Shown here: in pieces, positions 33,401 to 48,478 of the stretch | Numbering within the stretch: position 1 is the stretch's first letter | How the letters are laid out: each line of letters opens with the position of its first letter | Source: Nemertoderma westbladi | Lineage: Eukaryota > Animalia > Xenacoelomorpha | Assembly (NCBI GenBank): GCA_032718475.1 | Contig: JAUCBJ010008523.1 | Location: forward strand, 1-64,000 | DNA length: 64,000 nucleotides | Direction: 5' to 3' | The notes under the pieces: model-generated | The model's database searches: none | Told to the model about the DNA's origin: nothing | The model's input: only the letters and a program-made list of their open reading frames with translations | Made by a program: the position numbers and the translations under genes

Positions 33401-36400
33401 TATATTTTTTCTAGTTTAACGAAGAAATTGACGACATAACGGATAATATTCCGTTGATATTGGGTGGCTCTGCTGCTCCTGATAAGCAACCGATCTGCAT
33501 AAGCGATGTTGATCTGCTCGATGACCTCACCGCTGATAAAGAGGTAAATTTACACACTTATATTATTTTGATGATAAATTTAAAAGTTTATTTGAAGAAT
33601 AATTCTAATATTACGGCAATTGTTTGTGGCTGTTACAACATTCCTGCAATTTTTGTGGCTGTCACAATATTACGACAATTGTTTGTAGCTGTCACAATAT
33701 TACGACAATTGTTTGTAGCTGTCACAATATTACGACAATTGTTTGTGGCTGTCGCAACATTACGACAATTGTTTGTGGCTGTCACAACATTGTGACAATT
33801 GATTGTGGCTGTCACAATATTACGACAATTGTTTGTAGCTGTCACAATATTACGACAATTCTTTGTGGCTGTCATTACATTGCGTCAATTGTTTGAGGCT
33901 GTCACAATATTGCTACAATTGTTTGTGGTTGTCACAACATTGCGACAATTCTTTGTGGCTGTCACAACATTGTGACAATTGATTGTGGCTGTCAGAATAT
34001 TGCGACAATTATTTGTGGCTGTCGCAACATTACGACAATTGTTTGTGGCTGTCACAACATTCGGACAATTGTTTGTGGCCATCACAACATTACGACAATT
34101 TTTTGTGGCTGTCACAATATTATGACAATTGTTTGTGGCTCTCACAACATTCGGACAATTGTTTGTGGCCGTCACAACATTACGACAATTGTTTGTGGTT
34201 GTCACAATATTACGACAATTCTTTGTGGCTGTCATTACATTGCGTCAATTGTTTGTGGCTGTCACAATATTGCAACAATTGTTTGTGGCTGTCACATTAT
34301 TGAGACAATTGTTTGTGGCTGTCACAACATTACGACAATTGTTTGTGGCTGTCACAACATTACGACAATTGTTTGTGGCTTTCAAAACATTACGAAAATT
34401 GTTTGTAGCTGTAACAACATTGCGACAATTGTTTGTGGCTGTCTCAACATTACGAAAATTGTTTGTAGATGTCACAACATTGCGACAATTGTTTGTGGCA
34501 GTCTCAACATTACAAAAATTGTTTGTAGCTGTCCCGGTTGCACGGCATATTGCAACACAGCAATTGTTGGTTCTGATACAGAATTTCTCCATTGTTTGTG
34601 CGTATCACAAAACTACGACTATTGTTTGTGGCTGTCATAACATTCTGACAATTGTTTGCGGCTGTCACAACATTCTGAAATTGTTTGTGACTGTCACGAC
34701 ATTACGACAATTTTTTGTGGCTGTCACAATATTGCGACAATTGTTTGTGGCTGTCACAATATTGAGACAATTGTTTGTCGTTGTCACAACATTACGACAA
34801 TTGTTTGTGGCTTTCAAAACATTACGAAAATTGTTTGTAGCTGTCACAACATTTCGACAATTGTTTATGGCTGTCTCAACATTACGAAAATTGTTTGTAG
34901 CTGTCCCGGTTGCACGGCATACTGCAACACAGCAGTTGTTCGTGGCTGATACAGAATTTCTCCATTGTTTGTGCGTATCACAAAACTACGACTATTGTTT
35001 GTGGCTGTCATAACATTCTGGCAATTGTTTGCGGCTGTCACAACATTCTGAAATTGTTTGTGACTGTCACAACATTACGACAATTTTTTGTGGCTGTCAC
35101 AATATTGCGACAATTGCTTGTGGCTGTCACAACATTACTACAATTGTTTGTGGCTGTCACAACATTACGACAATTGTTTGTGGCTATCACAACATTCGGA
35201 CAATTGTTTGTGGCTGTTACAACATTGCGACAATTGTTTGTGGCTGCCACAACATTCGGAAAATTGTTTGTGGCAGTCCCAACATTGCGACAAATGTTTG
35301 TGGCTGTCACAACATTCAGACAATTGTTTGTGGCTGTCACAAAATTACTACAATTGATTGTGGCTGTCACAATATTCGGAAAATTTTGTTAGTGTCCCAA
35401 CACAGTTAGTTTTAGCTCTGAGATTTTGTGTGTGAAACTACCATGGTAAGAGGTTTGCAAGAGTTACTTTTTGCAAACCTGCAAGCATTGTTTATTAACA
35501 CAATCCAATGTATCTATATTTTTTCTAGTTTAACGAAGAAATTGACGACATAACGGATAATATTCCGTTGATATTGGGTGGCTCTGCTGCTCCTGAAAAG
35601 CAACCGATCTGCACAAGCGATCTTGATCTGCTCGATGAACCCACCGCTGATAAAGAGGTAAATTTACACACTTATATTATTTTGATGATAAATTTAAAAG
35701 TTTATTTGAAGATTAATTCTAATATTACGGCAATTGTTTGTGGCTGTTACAACATTTGGACAATTGTTTGTGGCCGTCACAACATTGTGACAATTGATTG
35801 TGGCTGTCACAATATTACGACAATTGTTTGTAGCTGTAACAATGTTACGACAATTGTTTGTGGCTGTCGCAACATTACGACAATGGTTTGTGGCTGTCAC
35901 AACATTGTGACAATTGATTGTGGCTGTCACAATATTACGACAATTGTTTGTGGCTGTCACAACATTGTGACAATTGATTGTGGCTGTCACAATATTACGA
36001 CAATTGTTTGTAGCTGTCACAATATTACGACAATTCTTTGTGGCTGTCATTACATGGCGTCAATTGTTTGAGGCTGTCACAATATTGCTACAATTGTTTG
36101 TGGTTGTCACAACATTGCGACAATTGTTTGTGGCTGTCACAACATTGCGACAATTGTTTGTAGCTGTCACAACATTACGAAAATTATTTGTAGTTGTCAC
36201 TACATTACGACAATTGTTTGTAGCTGTCACAACATTCGAATACAATTGTTTGTTGCTGTCACAACATTTGTACGATCGATTGTTTGAGGCTGTCACAACA
36301 TTACGACAATTGTTTGTAGCTGTCACAACATTCGTAAAATTGTTTGTGGCTGTCACAACATTACGACAATAATTGTTTGTGACTGTCACAACATTACGAC

Positions 36401-39400
36401 AATAATTCTTTGTGGCTGTCACAACATTACGACAATAATTGTTTGTGGCTGTCACAACATTACGACAATAATTGTTTGTGGCTGTCACAACATTACTACA
36501 ATTGTTTGTAGCTGTCACAAGATTGCAATAATTGTTTTTTGCTTTCACAACATTACGACAATAGTTGTTTGTGGCTGTCACAAAATTACTACAATTGTTT
36601 GTGGCTGTCACAAAATTACTACAATTGTTTATGGCTGTCACAACATTGCGACAATTGTTTGTAGCTGTCACAACATTACGAAAATTATTTGTAGTTGTCA
36701 CTACATTACGACAATTGTTTGTAGCTGTCACAACATTCGAATACAATTGTTTGTTGCTGTCACAACATTTGTACGATCGATTGTTTGAGGCTGTCATAAC
36801 ATTACGACAATTGTTTGTAGCTGTCACAACATTCGTACAATTGTTTGTGACTGTCACGACATTACGACAAGTTTTTGTGGCTGTCACAATATTGCGACAA
36901 TTGTTTGTGGCTGTCACAATATTGAGACAATTTTTTGTGGCTGTCACAACATTACGACAATTGTTTGTGGCTGTCACAACATTACGACAATTGTTTGTGG
37001 CTTTTAATACATTACAAAAATTGTTTGCAGCTGTCACAACATTGCGACAATTGTTTGTGGCTGTCTCAACATTACGAAAATTGTTTGTAGCTGTCCCGGT
37101 TGCACGGCATACTGCAACACAGCAGTTGTTTGTGGCTGATACAGAATTTATCCATTGTTTGTGCGTATCACAAAACTACGACTATTGTTTGTGGTTGTCA
37201 TAACATTCTGGCAATTGTTTGCGGCTGTCACAACATTCTGAAATTGTTTGTGACTGTCACAACATTACGACAATTATATGTGGCTGTCATAATATTGCGA
37301 CAATTGGTTGTGGCTCTCACAATATTGCGACAATTGCTTGTGGCTGTCACAACATTACTACAATTGTTTGTGGCTGTCACAACATTACGACAATTGTTTG
37401 TGTCTGTCACAACATTCGTACAATTGTTTGTGGCTGTCACAACATTACGACAATAATTGTTTGTGACTGTCACAACATTACGACAATAATTCTTTGTGGC
37501 TGTCACAACATTCCGACAATTGTTTGCGGCTGTTACAATATTACGACAATTGTGTGTGGCTGTCACAACGTTAAGAAAATTGTTTTCTGCAGTCACAATA
37601 TTCCGACAATTGTTTGCGGCTGTCACAATATTACGACAATTGTTTGTGGCTGTCAAAACATTACGACAATTGTTTGTGGCTGTCAAAACCGAGCGATAAT
37701 TGTTTGTGGCTGTCACAACCTTGCGACAATTGTTTGTGGCTGTCACAGCATTGCGACAATTTTTTGTGGCTATCACAACATTTCGACCATTGTTTGCGGC
37801 TGTCACAATATTACGACAATTGTTTGTGGCTGTCACAACATTACGACAATTATTTGTGGCTGTTACAACCTTGCGATAATTGTTTGTGGCTGTCACAACA
37901 TTGCGACAATTTGTTGTGGCTGTCACAACATTTCGACAATTTTTTGTAGCTGTCACAACATTCCGGCAATTGTACGCGGCTGTCACAACATTACGACAAT
38001 TGTTTGTAGCTGTCACAATACTGCGACAATTGTTTGTGGCTGTCTTAACATTCCGACAATTGTTTGTAGTTGTCCCGGTTGCACAGCAGACTGCTACACT
38101 GCAGTTGTTTGTGGCTGATGCAGAATTCCTCCATTGTTTGTGCGTATCACAAAACTACAACATTTGTTTGTGGCTGTCACAACATTCCGGCATTTGTTTG
38201 CAACTGTTACAACATTCTGAAATTTTTTGGGACTGTCACAACATTACGACAATTTTTGTGGCTGTCACAATATTGCTACAATTGTTTGTAGCTGTCACAA
38301 CATTGCGACAATTGTTTGCGGCTGTCACAACATTCTGAAATTGTTTGTGACTGTCACGACATTACGACAAGTTTTTGTGGCTGTCACAATATTGCGACAA
38401 TTGTTTGTGGCTGTCACAATATTGAGACAATTTTTTGTGGCTGTCACAACATTACGACAATTGTTTGTGGCTGTCACAACATTACGACAATTGTTTGTGG
38501 CTTTTAATACATTACAAAAATTGTTTGCAGCTGTCACAACATTGCGACAATTGTTTGTGGCTGTCTCAACATTACGAAAATTGTTTGTAGCTGTCCCGGT
38601 TGCACGGCATACTGCAACACAGCAGTTGTTTGTGGCTGATACAGAATTTATCCATTGTTTGTGCGTATCACAAAACTACGACTATTGTTTGTGGTTGTCA
38701 TAACATTCTGGCAATTGTTTGCGGCTGTCACAACATTCTGAAATTGTTTGTGACTGTCACAACATTACGACAATTATATGTGGCTGTCATAATATTGCGA
38801 CAATTGGTTGTGGCTCTCACAATATTGCGACAATTGCTTGTGGCTGTCACAACATTACTACAATTGTTTGTGGCTGTCACAACATTACGACAATTGTTTG
38901 TGTCTGTCACAACATTCGGACAATTGTTTGTGGCTGTCACAACATTACGACAATTGTTTGTGGCTGTTACAACATTGCGACAATTGTTTGTGGCTGTCAC
39001 AACATTCGGATAATTGTTTGTGGCAGTCCCAACATTGCGACAAATGTTTGTGGCTGTCACAACATTCAGACAATTGTTTGTGGCTGTCACAAAATTACTA
39101 CAATTGATTGTGGCTGTCACAATATTCGGAGAATTTTGTTAGTGTCCCAACACAGTTAGTTTTAGCTGTGAGATTTTGTGTGTGAAACTACCATGGTAAG
39201 AGGTTTGCAAGAGTTACTCTTTGCAAACCTGCAAGCATTGTTTATTAACACAATCCAATGTATCTATATTTTTTCTAGTTTAACGAAGAAATTGACGACA
39301 TAACGGATAATATTCCGTTGATATTGGGTGGCTCTGCTGCTCCTGATAAGCAACCGATCTGCATAAGCGATGTTGATCTGCTCGATGACCTCACCGCTGA

Positions 39401-42400
39401 TAAAGAGGTAAATTTACACACTTATATTATTTTGATGATAAATTTAAAAGTTTATTTGAAGAATAATTCTAATATTACGGCAATTGTTTGTGGCTGTTAC
39501 AACATTCCTGCAATTTTTGTGGCTGTCACAATATTACGACAATTGTTTGTAGCTGTCACAATATTACGACAATTGTTTGTGGCTGTCACAAAATTACTAC
39601 AATTGTTTGTGGCTGTCGCAAAATTACAACAATTGTTTGTGGCTGTCACAACATTCGGACAATTGTTTGTGGTCGTCACAACATTACGACAATTGTTTGT
39701 GGTTGTCACAACATTACGACAATTTTTTGCGGCTGTCACAACAATCCGGCAATTGTTTGCGGCTCTCACAACATTCCGTAAATTGTTTGTAGCTATCACA
39801 ACAATACGACTATTATTTGTGGCTGTCACACCATTACGACAATTGTTTGTGGCTGTCACAACATTCCGACAATTGTTTGCGGCTGTTACAATATTACGAC
39901 AATTGTGTGTGGCTGTCACAACGTTAAGAAAATTGTTTTCTGCAGTCACAATATTCCGACAATTGTTTGCGGCTGTCACAATATTACGACAATTGTTTGT
40001 GGCTGTCAAAACATTACGACAATTGTTTGTGGCTGTCAAAACCGAGCGATAATTGTTTGTGGCTGTCACAACCTTGCGACAATTGTTTGTGGCTGTCACA
40101 GCATTGCGACAATTTTTTGTGGCTATCACAACATTTCGACCATTGTTTGCGGCTGTCACAATATTACGACAATTGTTTGTGGCTGTCACAACATTACGAC
40201 AATTATTTGTGGCTGTCACAACCTTGCGATAATTGTTTGTGGCTGTCACAACATTGCGACAATTTGTTGTGGCTGTCACAACATTTCGACAATTTTTTGT
40301 AGCTGTCACAACATTCCGGCAATTGTACGCGGCTGTCACAACATTACGACAATTGTTTGTAGCTGTCACAATACTGCGACAATTGTTTGTGGCTGTCTTA
40401 ACATTCCGACAATTGTTTGTAGTTGTCCCGGTTGCACAGCAGACTGCTACACTGCAGTTGTTTGTGGCTGATGCAGAATTCCTCCATTGTTTGTGCGTAT
40501 CACAAAACTACAACATTTGTTTGTGGCTGTCACAACATTCCGGCATTTGTTTGCAACTGTTACAACATTCTGAAATTTTTTGGGACTGTCACAACATTAC
40601 GACAATTTTTGTGGCTGTCACAATATTGCTACAATTGTTTGTGACTGTCACAATATTGCGACAATTGTTTGTGACTGTCACACCATTACGACAATTTTTT
40701 GTGGCTGTCAAAATATTGCGACAATTGTTTGTGGCTGTCACAATATTGAGACAATTGCTTGTGGCTGTCACAACATTACGACAATTGTTTGTGGCAGTCA
40801 CAACATTACGACAATTGTTTGTGGCTTTCAAAACATTTCGAAAATTGTTTGTAGCTGTCACAACATTGCGACAATTGTTTGTGGCTGTCTCAAAATTACG
40901 AAAATTGTTTGTAGCTGTCACAACATTGCGACAATTGTTTGTGGCTGTCTCAACATTACGAAAATTGTTTGTAGCTGTCCCGGTTGCACGGCATACTGCA
41001 ACACAGCAGTTGTTCGTGGCTGATACAGAATTTCTCCATTGTTTGTGCGTATCACAAAACTACGACTATTGTTTGTGGCTGTCATAACATTCTGACAATT
41101 GTTTGCGGCTGTCACAACATTCTGAAATTGTTTGTGACTGTCACGACATTACGACAAGTTTTTGTGGCTGTCACAATATTGCGACAATTGTTTGTGGCTG
41201 TCACAATATTCAGACAATTTTTTGTGGCTGTCACAACATTACGACAATTGTTTGTGGCTGTCACAACATTACGACAATTGTTTGTGGCTTTTAATACATT
41301 ACAAAAATTGTTTGCAGCTGTCACAACATTGCGACAATTGTTTGTGGCTGTCTCAACATTACGAAAATTGTTTGTAGCTGTCCCGGTTGCACGGCATACT
41401 GCAACACAGCAGTTGTTTGTGGCTGATACAGAATTTATCCATTGTTTGTGCGTATCACAAAACTACGACTATTGTTTGTGGTTGTCATAACATTCTGGCA
41501 ATTGTTTGCGGCTGTCACAACATTCTGAAATTGTTTGTGACTGTCACAACATTACGACAATTATATGTGGCTGTCATAATATTGCGACAATTGGTTGTGG
41601 CTCTCACAATATTGCGACAATTGCTTGTGGCTGTCACAACATTACTACAATTGTTTGTGGCTGTCACAACATTACGACAATTGTTTGTGTCTGTCACAAC
41701 ATTCGGACAATTGTTTGTGGCTGTCACAACATTACGACAATTGTTTGTGGCTGTTACAACATTGCGACAATTGTTTGTGGCTGTCACAACATTCGGATAA
41801 TTGTTTGTGGCAGTCCCAACATTGCGACAAATGTTTGTGGCTGTCACAACATTCAGACAATTGTTTGTGGCTGTCACAAAATTACTACAATTGATTGTGG
41901 CTGTCACAATATTCGGAGAATTTTGTTAGTGTCCCAACACAGTTAGTTTTAGCTGTGAGATTTTGTGTGTGAAACTACCATGGTAAGAGGTTTGCAAGAG
42001 TTACTCTTTGCAAACCTGCAAGCATTGTTTATTAACACAATCCAATGTATCTATATTTTTTCTAGTTTAACGAAGAAATTGACGACATAACGGATAATAT
42101 TCCGTTGATATTGGGTGGCTCTGCTGCTCCTGATAAGCAACCGATCTGCATAAGCGATGTTGATCTGCTCGATGACCTCACCGCTGATAAAGAGGTAAAT
42201 TTACACACTTATATTATTTTGATGATAAATTTAAAAGTTTATTTGAACAATAATTCTAATATTACGGCAATTGTTTGTGGCTGTTACAACATTCCTGCAA
42301 TTTTTGTGGCTGTCACAATATTACGACAATTGTTTGTGGCTGTCACAACATTGTGACAATTGATTGTGGCTGTCACAATATTACGACAATTGTTTGTAGC

Positions 42401-45400
42401 TGTCACAATATTACGACAATTCTTTGTGGCTGTCATTACATTGCGTCAATTGTTTGAGGCTGTCACAATATTGCTACAATTGTTTGTGGTTGTCACAACA
42501 TTGCGACAATTCTTTGTGGCTGTCACAACATTGTGACAATTGATTGTGGCTGTCAGAATATTGCGACAATTATTTGTGGCTGTCGCAACATTACGACAAT
42601 TGTTTGTGGCTGTCACAACATTCGGACAATTGTTTGTGGCCATCACAACATTACGACAATTTTTTGTGGCTGTCACAATATTATGACAATTGTTTGTGAC
42701 TGTCGTAACATTACGACAATTGTTTGTGGCTCTCACAACATTCGGACAATTGTTTGTGGCCGTCACAACATTACGACAATTGTTTGTGGTTGTCACAATA
42801 TTACGACAATTCTTTGTGGCAGTCATTACATTGCGTCAATTGTTTGTGGTTGTCACAATATTGCAACAATTGTTTGTGGCTGTCACATTATTGAGACAAT
42901 TGTTTGTGGCTGTCACAACATTACGACAATTGTTTGTGGCAGTCACAACATTACGACAATTGTTTGTGGCTTTCAAAACATTTCGAAAATTGTTTGTAGC
43001 TGTCACAACATTGCGACAATTGTTTGTGGCTGTCTCAACATTACGAAAATTGTTTGTAGCTGTCACAACATTGCGACAATTGTTTGTGGCTGTCTCAACA
43101 TTACGAAAATTGTTTGTAGCTGTCCCGGTTGCACGGCATACTGCAACACAGCAGTTGTTCGTGGCTGATACAGAATTTTTCCATTGTTTGTGCGTATCAC
43201 AAAACTATACTATTGTTTGTGGCTGTCATAACATTCTGACAATTGTTTGCGGCTGTCACAACATTCTGAAATTGTTTGTGACTGTCACGACATTACGACA
43301 AGTTTTTGTGGCTGTCACAATATTGCGACAATTGTTTGTGGCTGTCACAATATTGAGACAATTTTTTGTGACTGTCACAACATTACGACAATTGTTTGTG
43401 GCTGTCACAACATTACGACAATTGTTTGTGGCTTTTAAACATTACAAAAATTGTTTGCAGCTGTCACAACATTGCGACAATTGTTTGTGGCTGTCTCAAC
43501 ATTACGAAAATTGTTTGTAGCTGTCCCGGTTGCACGGCATACTGCAACACAGCAGTTGTTTGTGGCTGATACAGAATTTATCCATTGTTTGTGCGTATCA
43601 TAAAACTACGACTATTGTTTGTGGTTGTCATAACATTCTGGCAATTGTTTGCGGCTGTCACAACATTCTGAAATTGTTTGTGACTGTCACAACATTACGA
43701 CAATTATATGTGGCTGTCATAATATTGCGACAATTGGTTGTGGCTGTCACAATATTGCGACAATTGTTTGTGGCTGTTACAACATTGCGACAATTGTTTG
43801 TGGCTGTCACAACATTCGGATAATTGTTTGTGGCAGTCCCAACATTGCGACAAATGTTTGTGGCTGTCACAACATTCAGACAATTGTTTGTGGCTGTCAC
43901 AAAATTACTACAATTTATTGTGGCTGTCACAATATTCGGAAAATTTTGTTAGTGTCCCAACACAGTTAGTTTTAGCTGTGAGATTTTGTGTGTGAAACTA
44001 CCATGGTAAGAGGTTTGCAAGAGTTACTCTTTGCAAACCTGCAAGCATTGTTTATTAACACAATCCAATGTATCTATATTTTTTCTAGTTTAACGAAGAA
44101 ATTGACGACATAACGGATAATATTCCGTTGATATTGGGTGGCTCTGCTGCTCCTGATAAGCAACCGATCTGCATAAGCGATGTTGATCTGCTCGATGACC
44201 TCACCGCTGATAAAGAGGTAAATTTACACACTTATATTATTTTGATGATAAATTTAAAAGTTTATTTGAAGAATAATTCTAATATTACGGCAATTGTTTG
44301 TGGCTGTTACAACATTCCTGCAATTTTTGTGGCTGTCACAATATTACGACAATTGTTTGTAGCTGTCACAATATTACGACAATTGTTTGTAGCTGTCACA
44401 ATATTACGACAATTGTTTGTGGCTGTCGCAACATTACGACAATTGTTTGTGGCTGTCACAACATTGTGACAATTGATTGTGGCTGTCACAATATTACGAC
44501 AATTGTTTGTAGCTGTCACAATATTACGACAATTCTTTGTGGCTGTCATTACATTGCGTCAATTGTTTGAGGCTGTCACAATATTGTTACAATTGTTTGT
44601 GGTTGTCACAACATTGCGACAATTGTTTGTGGCTGTCACAACATTGTGACAATTGATTGTGGCTGTCGCAACATTACGACAATTGTTTGTGGCTGTCACA
44701 ACATTCGGACAATTGTTTGTGGCCATCACAACATTACGACAATTTTTTGTGGCTGTCACAATATTATGACAATTGTTTGTGACTGTCGTAACATTACGAC
44801 AATTGTTTGTGGCTCTCACAACATTCGGACAATTGTTTGTGGCCGTCACAACATTACGACAATTGTTTGTGGTTGTCACAATATTACGACAATTCTTTGT
44901 GGCTGTCATTACATTGCGTCAATTGTTTGTGGCTGTCACAATATTGCAACAATTGTTTGTGGCTGTCACATTATTGAAACAATTGTTTGTGGCTGTCACA
45001 ACATTACGACAATTGTTTGTGGCTGTCACAACATTACGACAATTGTTTGTGGCTTTCAAAACATTACGAAAATTGTTTGTAGCTGTCACAACATTGCGAC
45101 AATTGTTTGTGGCAGTCTCAACATTACAAAAATTGTTTGTAGCTGTCCCGGTTGCACGGCATACTGCAACACAGCAGTTGTTGGTTCTGATACAGAATTT
45201 CTCCATTGTTTGTGCGTATCACAAAACTACGACTATTGTTTGTGGCTGTCATAACATTCTGGCAATTGTTTGCGGCTATCACAACATTCTGAAATTGTTT
45301 GTGACTGTCACAACATTACGACAATTTTTTGTGGCTGTCACAATATTGCGACAATTGCTTGTGGCTGTCACAACATTACTACAATTGTTTGTGGCTGTCA

Positions 45401-48400
45401 CAACATTACGACAATTGTTTGTGGCTATCACAACATTCGGACAATTGTTTGTGGCTGTTACAACATTGCGACAATTGTTTGTGGCTGCCACAACATTCGG
45501 AAAATTGTTTGTGGCAGTCCCAACATTGCGACAAATGTTTGTGGCTGTCACAACATTCAGACAATTGTTTGTGGCTGTCACAAAATTACTACAATTGATT
45601 GTGGCTGTCACAATATTCGGAAAATTTTGTTAGTGTCCCAACACAGTTAGTTTTAGCTGTGAGATTTTGTGTGTGAAACTACCATGGTAAGAGGTTTGCA
45701 AGAGTTACTTTTTGCAAACCTGCAAGCATTGTTTATTAACACAATCCAATGTATCTATATTTTTTCTAGTTTAACGAAGAAATTGACGACATAACGGATA
45801 ATATTCCGTTGATATTGGGTGGCTCTGCTGCTCCTGAAAAGCAACCGATCTGCATAAGCGATGTTGATCTGCTCGATGAACCCACCGCTGATAAAGCGGT
45901 AAATTTACACACTTATATTATTTTGATGATAAATTTAAAAGTTTATTTGAAGATTAATTCTAATATTACGGCAATTGTTTGTGGCTGTTACAACATTTGG
46001 ACAATTGTTTGTGGCCGTCACAACATTGTGACAATTGATTGTGGCTGTCACAATATTACGACAATTGTTTGTAGCTGTCACAATGTTACGACAATTGTTT
46101 GTGGCTGTCGCAACATTACGACAATGGTTTGTGGCTGTCACAACATTGTGACAATTGATTGTGGCTGTCACAATATTACGACAATTGTTTGTGGCTGTCA
46201 CAACATTGTGACAATTGATTGTGGCTGTCACAATATTACGACAATTGTTTGTAGCTGTCACAATATTACGACAATTCTTTGTGGCTGTCATTACATGGCG
46301 TCAATTGTTTGAGGCTGTCACAATATTGCTACAATTGTTTGTGGTTGTCACAACATTGCGACAATTGTTTGTGGCTGTCACAACATTGTGACAATTGATT
46401 GTGGCTGTCAGAATATTGCGACAATTGTTTGTAGCTGTCGCAACATTACGACAATTGTTTGTGGCTGTCACAACATTCGGACAATTGTTTGTGGCCGTCA
46501 CAACATTACGACAATTTTTTGTGGCTGTCACAATATTACGACAATTGTTTGTGACTGTCGCAACATTACGACAATTGTTTGTGGCTGTCACAACATTCGG
46601 ACAATTGTTTGTGGCCGTCACAACATTACGACAATTGTTTGTGGTTGTCACAATACTACGACAATTGTTTATGGCTGTCTCAACATTACGAAAATTGTTT
46701 GTAGCTGTCCCGGTTGCACGGCATACTGCAACACAGCAGTTGTTCGTGGCTGATACAGAATTTCTCCATTGTTTGTGCGTATCACAAAACTACGACTATT
46801 GTTTGTGGCTGTCATAACATTCTGGCAATTGTTTGCGGCTGTCACAACATTCTGAAATTGTTTGTGACTGTCACAACATTACGACAATTTTTTGTGGCTG
46901 TCACAATATTGCGACAATTGCTTGTGGCTGTCACAACATTACTACAATTGTTTGTGGCTGTCACAACATTACGACAATTGTTTGTGGCTATCACAACATT
47001 CGGACAATTGTTTGTGGCTGTTACAACATTGCGACAATTGTTTGTGGCTGCCACAACATTCGGAAAATTGTTTGTGGCAATCCCAACATTGCGACAAATG
47101 TTTGTGGCTGTCACAACATTCAGACAATTGTTTGTGGCTGTCACAAAATTACTACAATTGATTGTGGCTGTCACAATATTCGGAAAATTTTGTTAGTGTC
47201 CCAACACAGTTAGTTTTAGCTGTGAGATTTTGTGTGTGAAACTACCATGGTAAGAGGTTTGCAAGAGTTACTTTTTGCAAACCTGCAAGCATTGTTTATT
47301 AACACAATCCAATGTATCTATATTTTTTCTAGTTTAACGAAGAAATTGACGACATAACGGATAATATTCCGTTGATATTGGGTGGCTCTGCTGCTCCTGA
47401 TAAGCAACCGATCTGCACAAGCGATCTTGATCTGCTCGATGAACCCACCGCTGATAAAGAGGTACATTTACACACTTATATTATTTTGATGATAAATTTA
47501 AAAGTTTATTTGAAGATTAATTCTAATATTACGGCAATTGTTTGTGGCTGTTACAACATTTGGACAATTGTTTGTGGCCGTCACAACATTGTGACAATTG
47601 ATTGTGGCTGTCACAATATTACGACAATTGTTTGTAGCTGTCACAATGTTACGACAATTGTTTGTGGCTGTCGCAACATTACGACAATGGTTTGTGGCTG
47701 TCACAACATTGTGACAATTGATTGTGGCTGTCACAATATTACGACAATTGTTTGTGGCTGTCACAACATTGTGACAATTGATTGTGGCTGTCACAATATT
47801 ACGACAATTGTTTGTAGCTGTCACAATAATACGACAATTCTTTGTGGCTGTCACAATATTGCTACAATTGTTTGTGGTTGTCACAACATTGCGACAATTG
47901 TTTGTGGCTGTCACAACATTGTGACAATTGATTGTGGCTGTCAGAATATTGCGACAATTGTTTGTGGCTGTCGCAACATTACGACAATTGTTTGTGGCTG
48001 TCACAACATTCGGACAATTGTTTGTGGCCGTCACAACATTACGACAATTTTTTGTGGCTGTCACAATATTACGACAATTGTTTGTGACTGTCGCAACATT
48101 ACGACAATTGTTTGTGGCTGTCACAACATTCGGACAATTGTTTGTGGCCGTCACAACATTACGACAATTGTTTGTGGTTGTCACAATACTACGACAATTG
48201 TTTGTGGCTGTCACAACATTCGGACAATTGTTTGTGGCCGTCACAACATTACGACAATTTTTTGTGGCTGTCACAATATTACGACAATTGTTTGTGACTG
48301 TCGCAACATTACGACAATTGTTTGTGGCTGTCACAACATTCGGACAATTGTTTGTGGCCGTCACAACATTACGACAATTGTTTGTGGTTGTCACAATACT

Positions 48401-48478
48401 ACGACAATTGTTTGTGACTGTCACAACATTACGATATTTTTTTGTGGCTGTCATAATATTGCGACAATTGTTTGTGGT
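27500..48478. repeat. 30-bp satellite (~600 monomers) in nine blocks separated by a conserved ~330-bp spacer
   Basis: Consensus ACAATTGTTTGTGGCTGTCACAACATTACG. Spacer-to-spacer periods are 1850, 4266, 2114, 3750, 2787, 2023, 1681 and 1563 bp, and long runs of diagnostic variants are shared between blocks. Confidence 0.97.
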
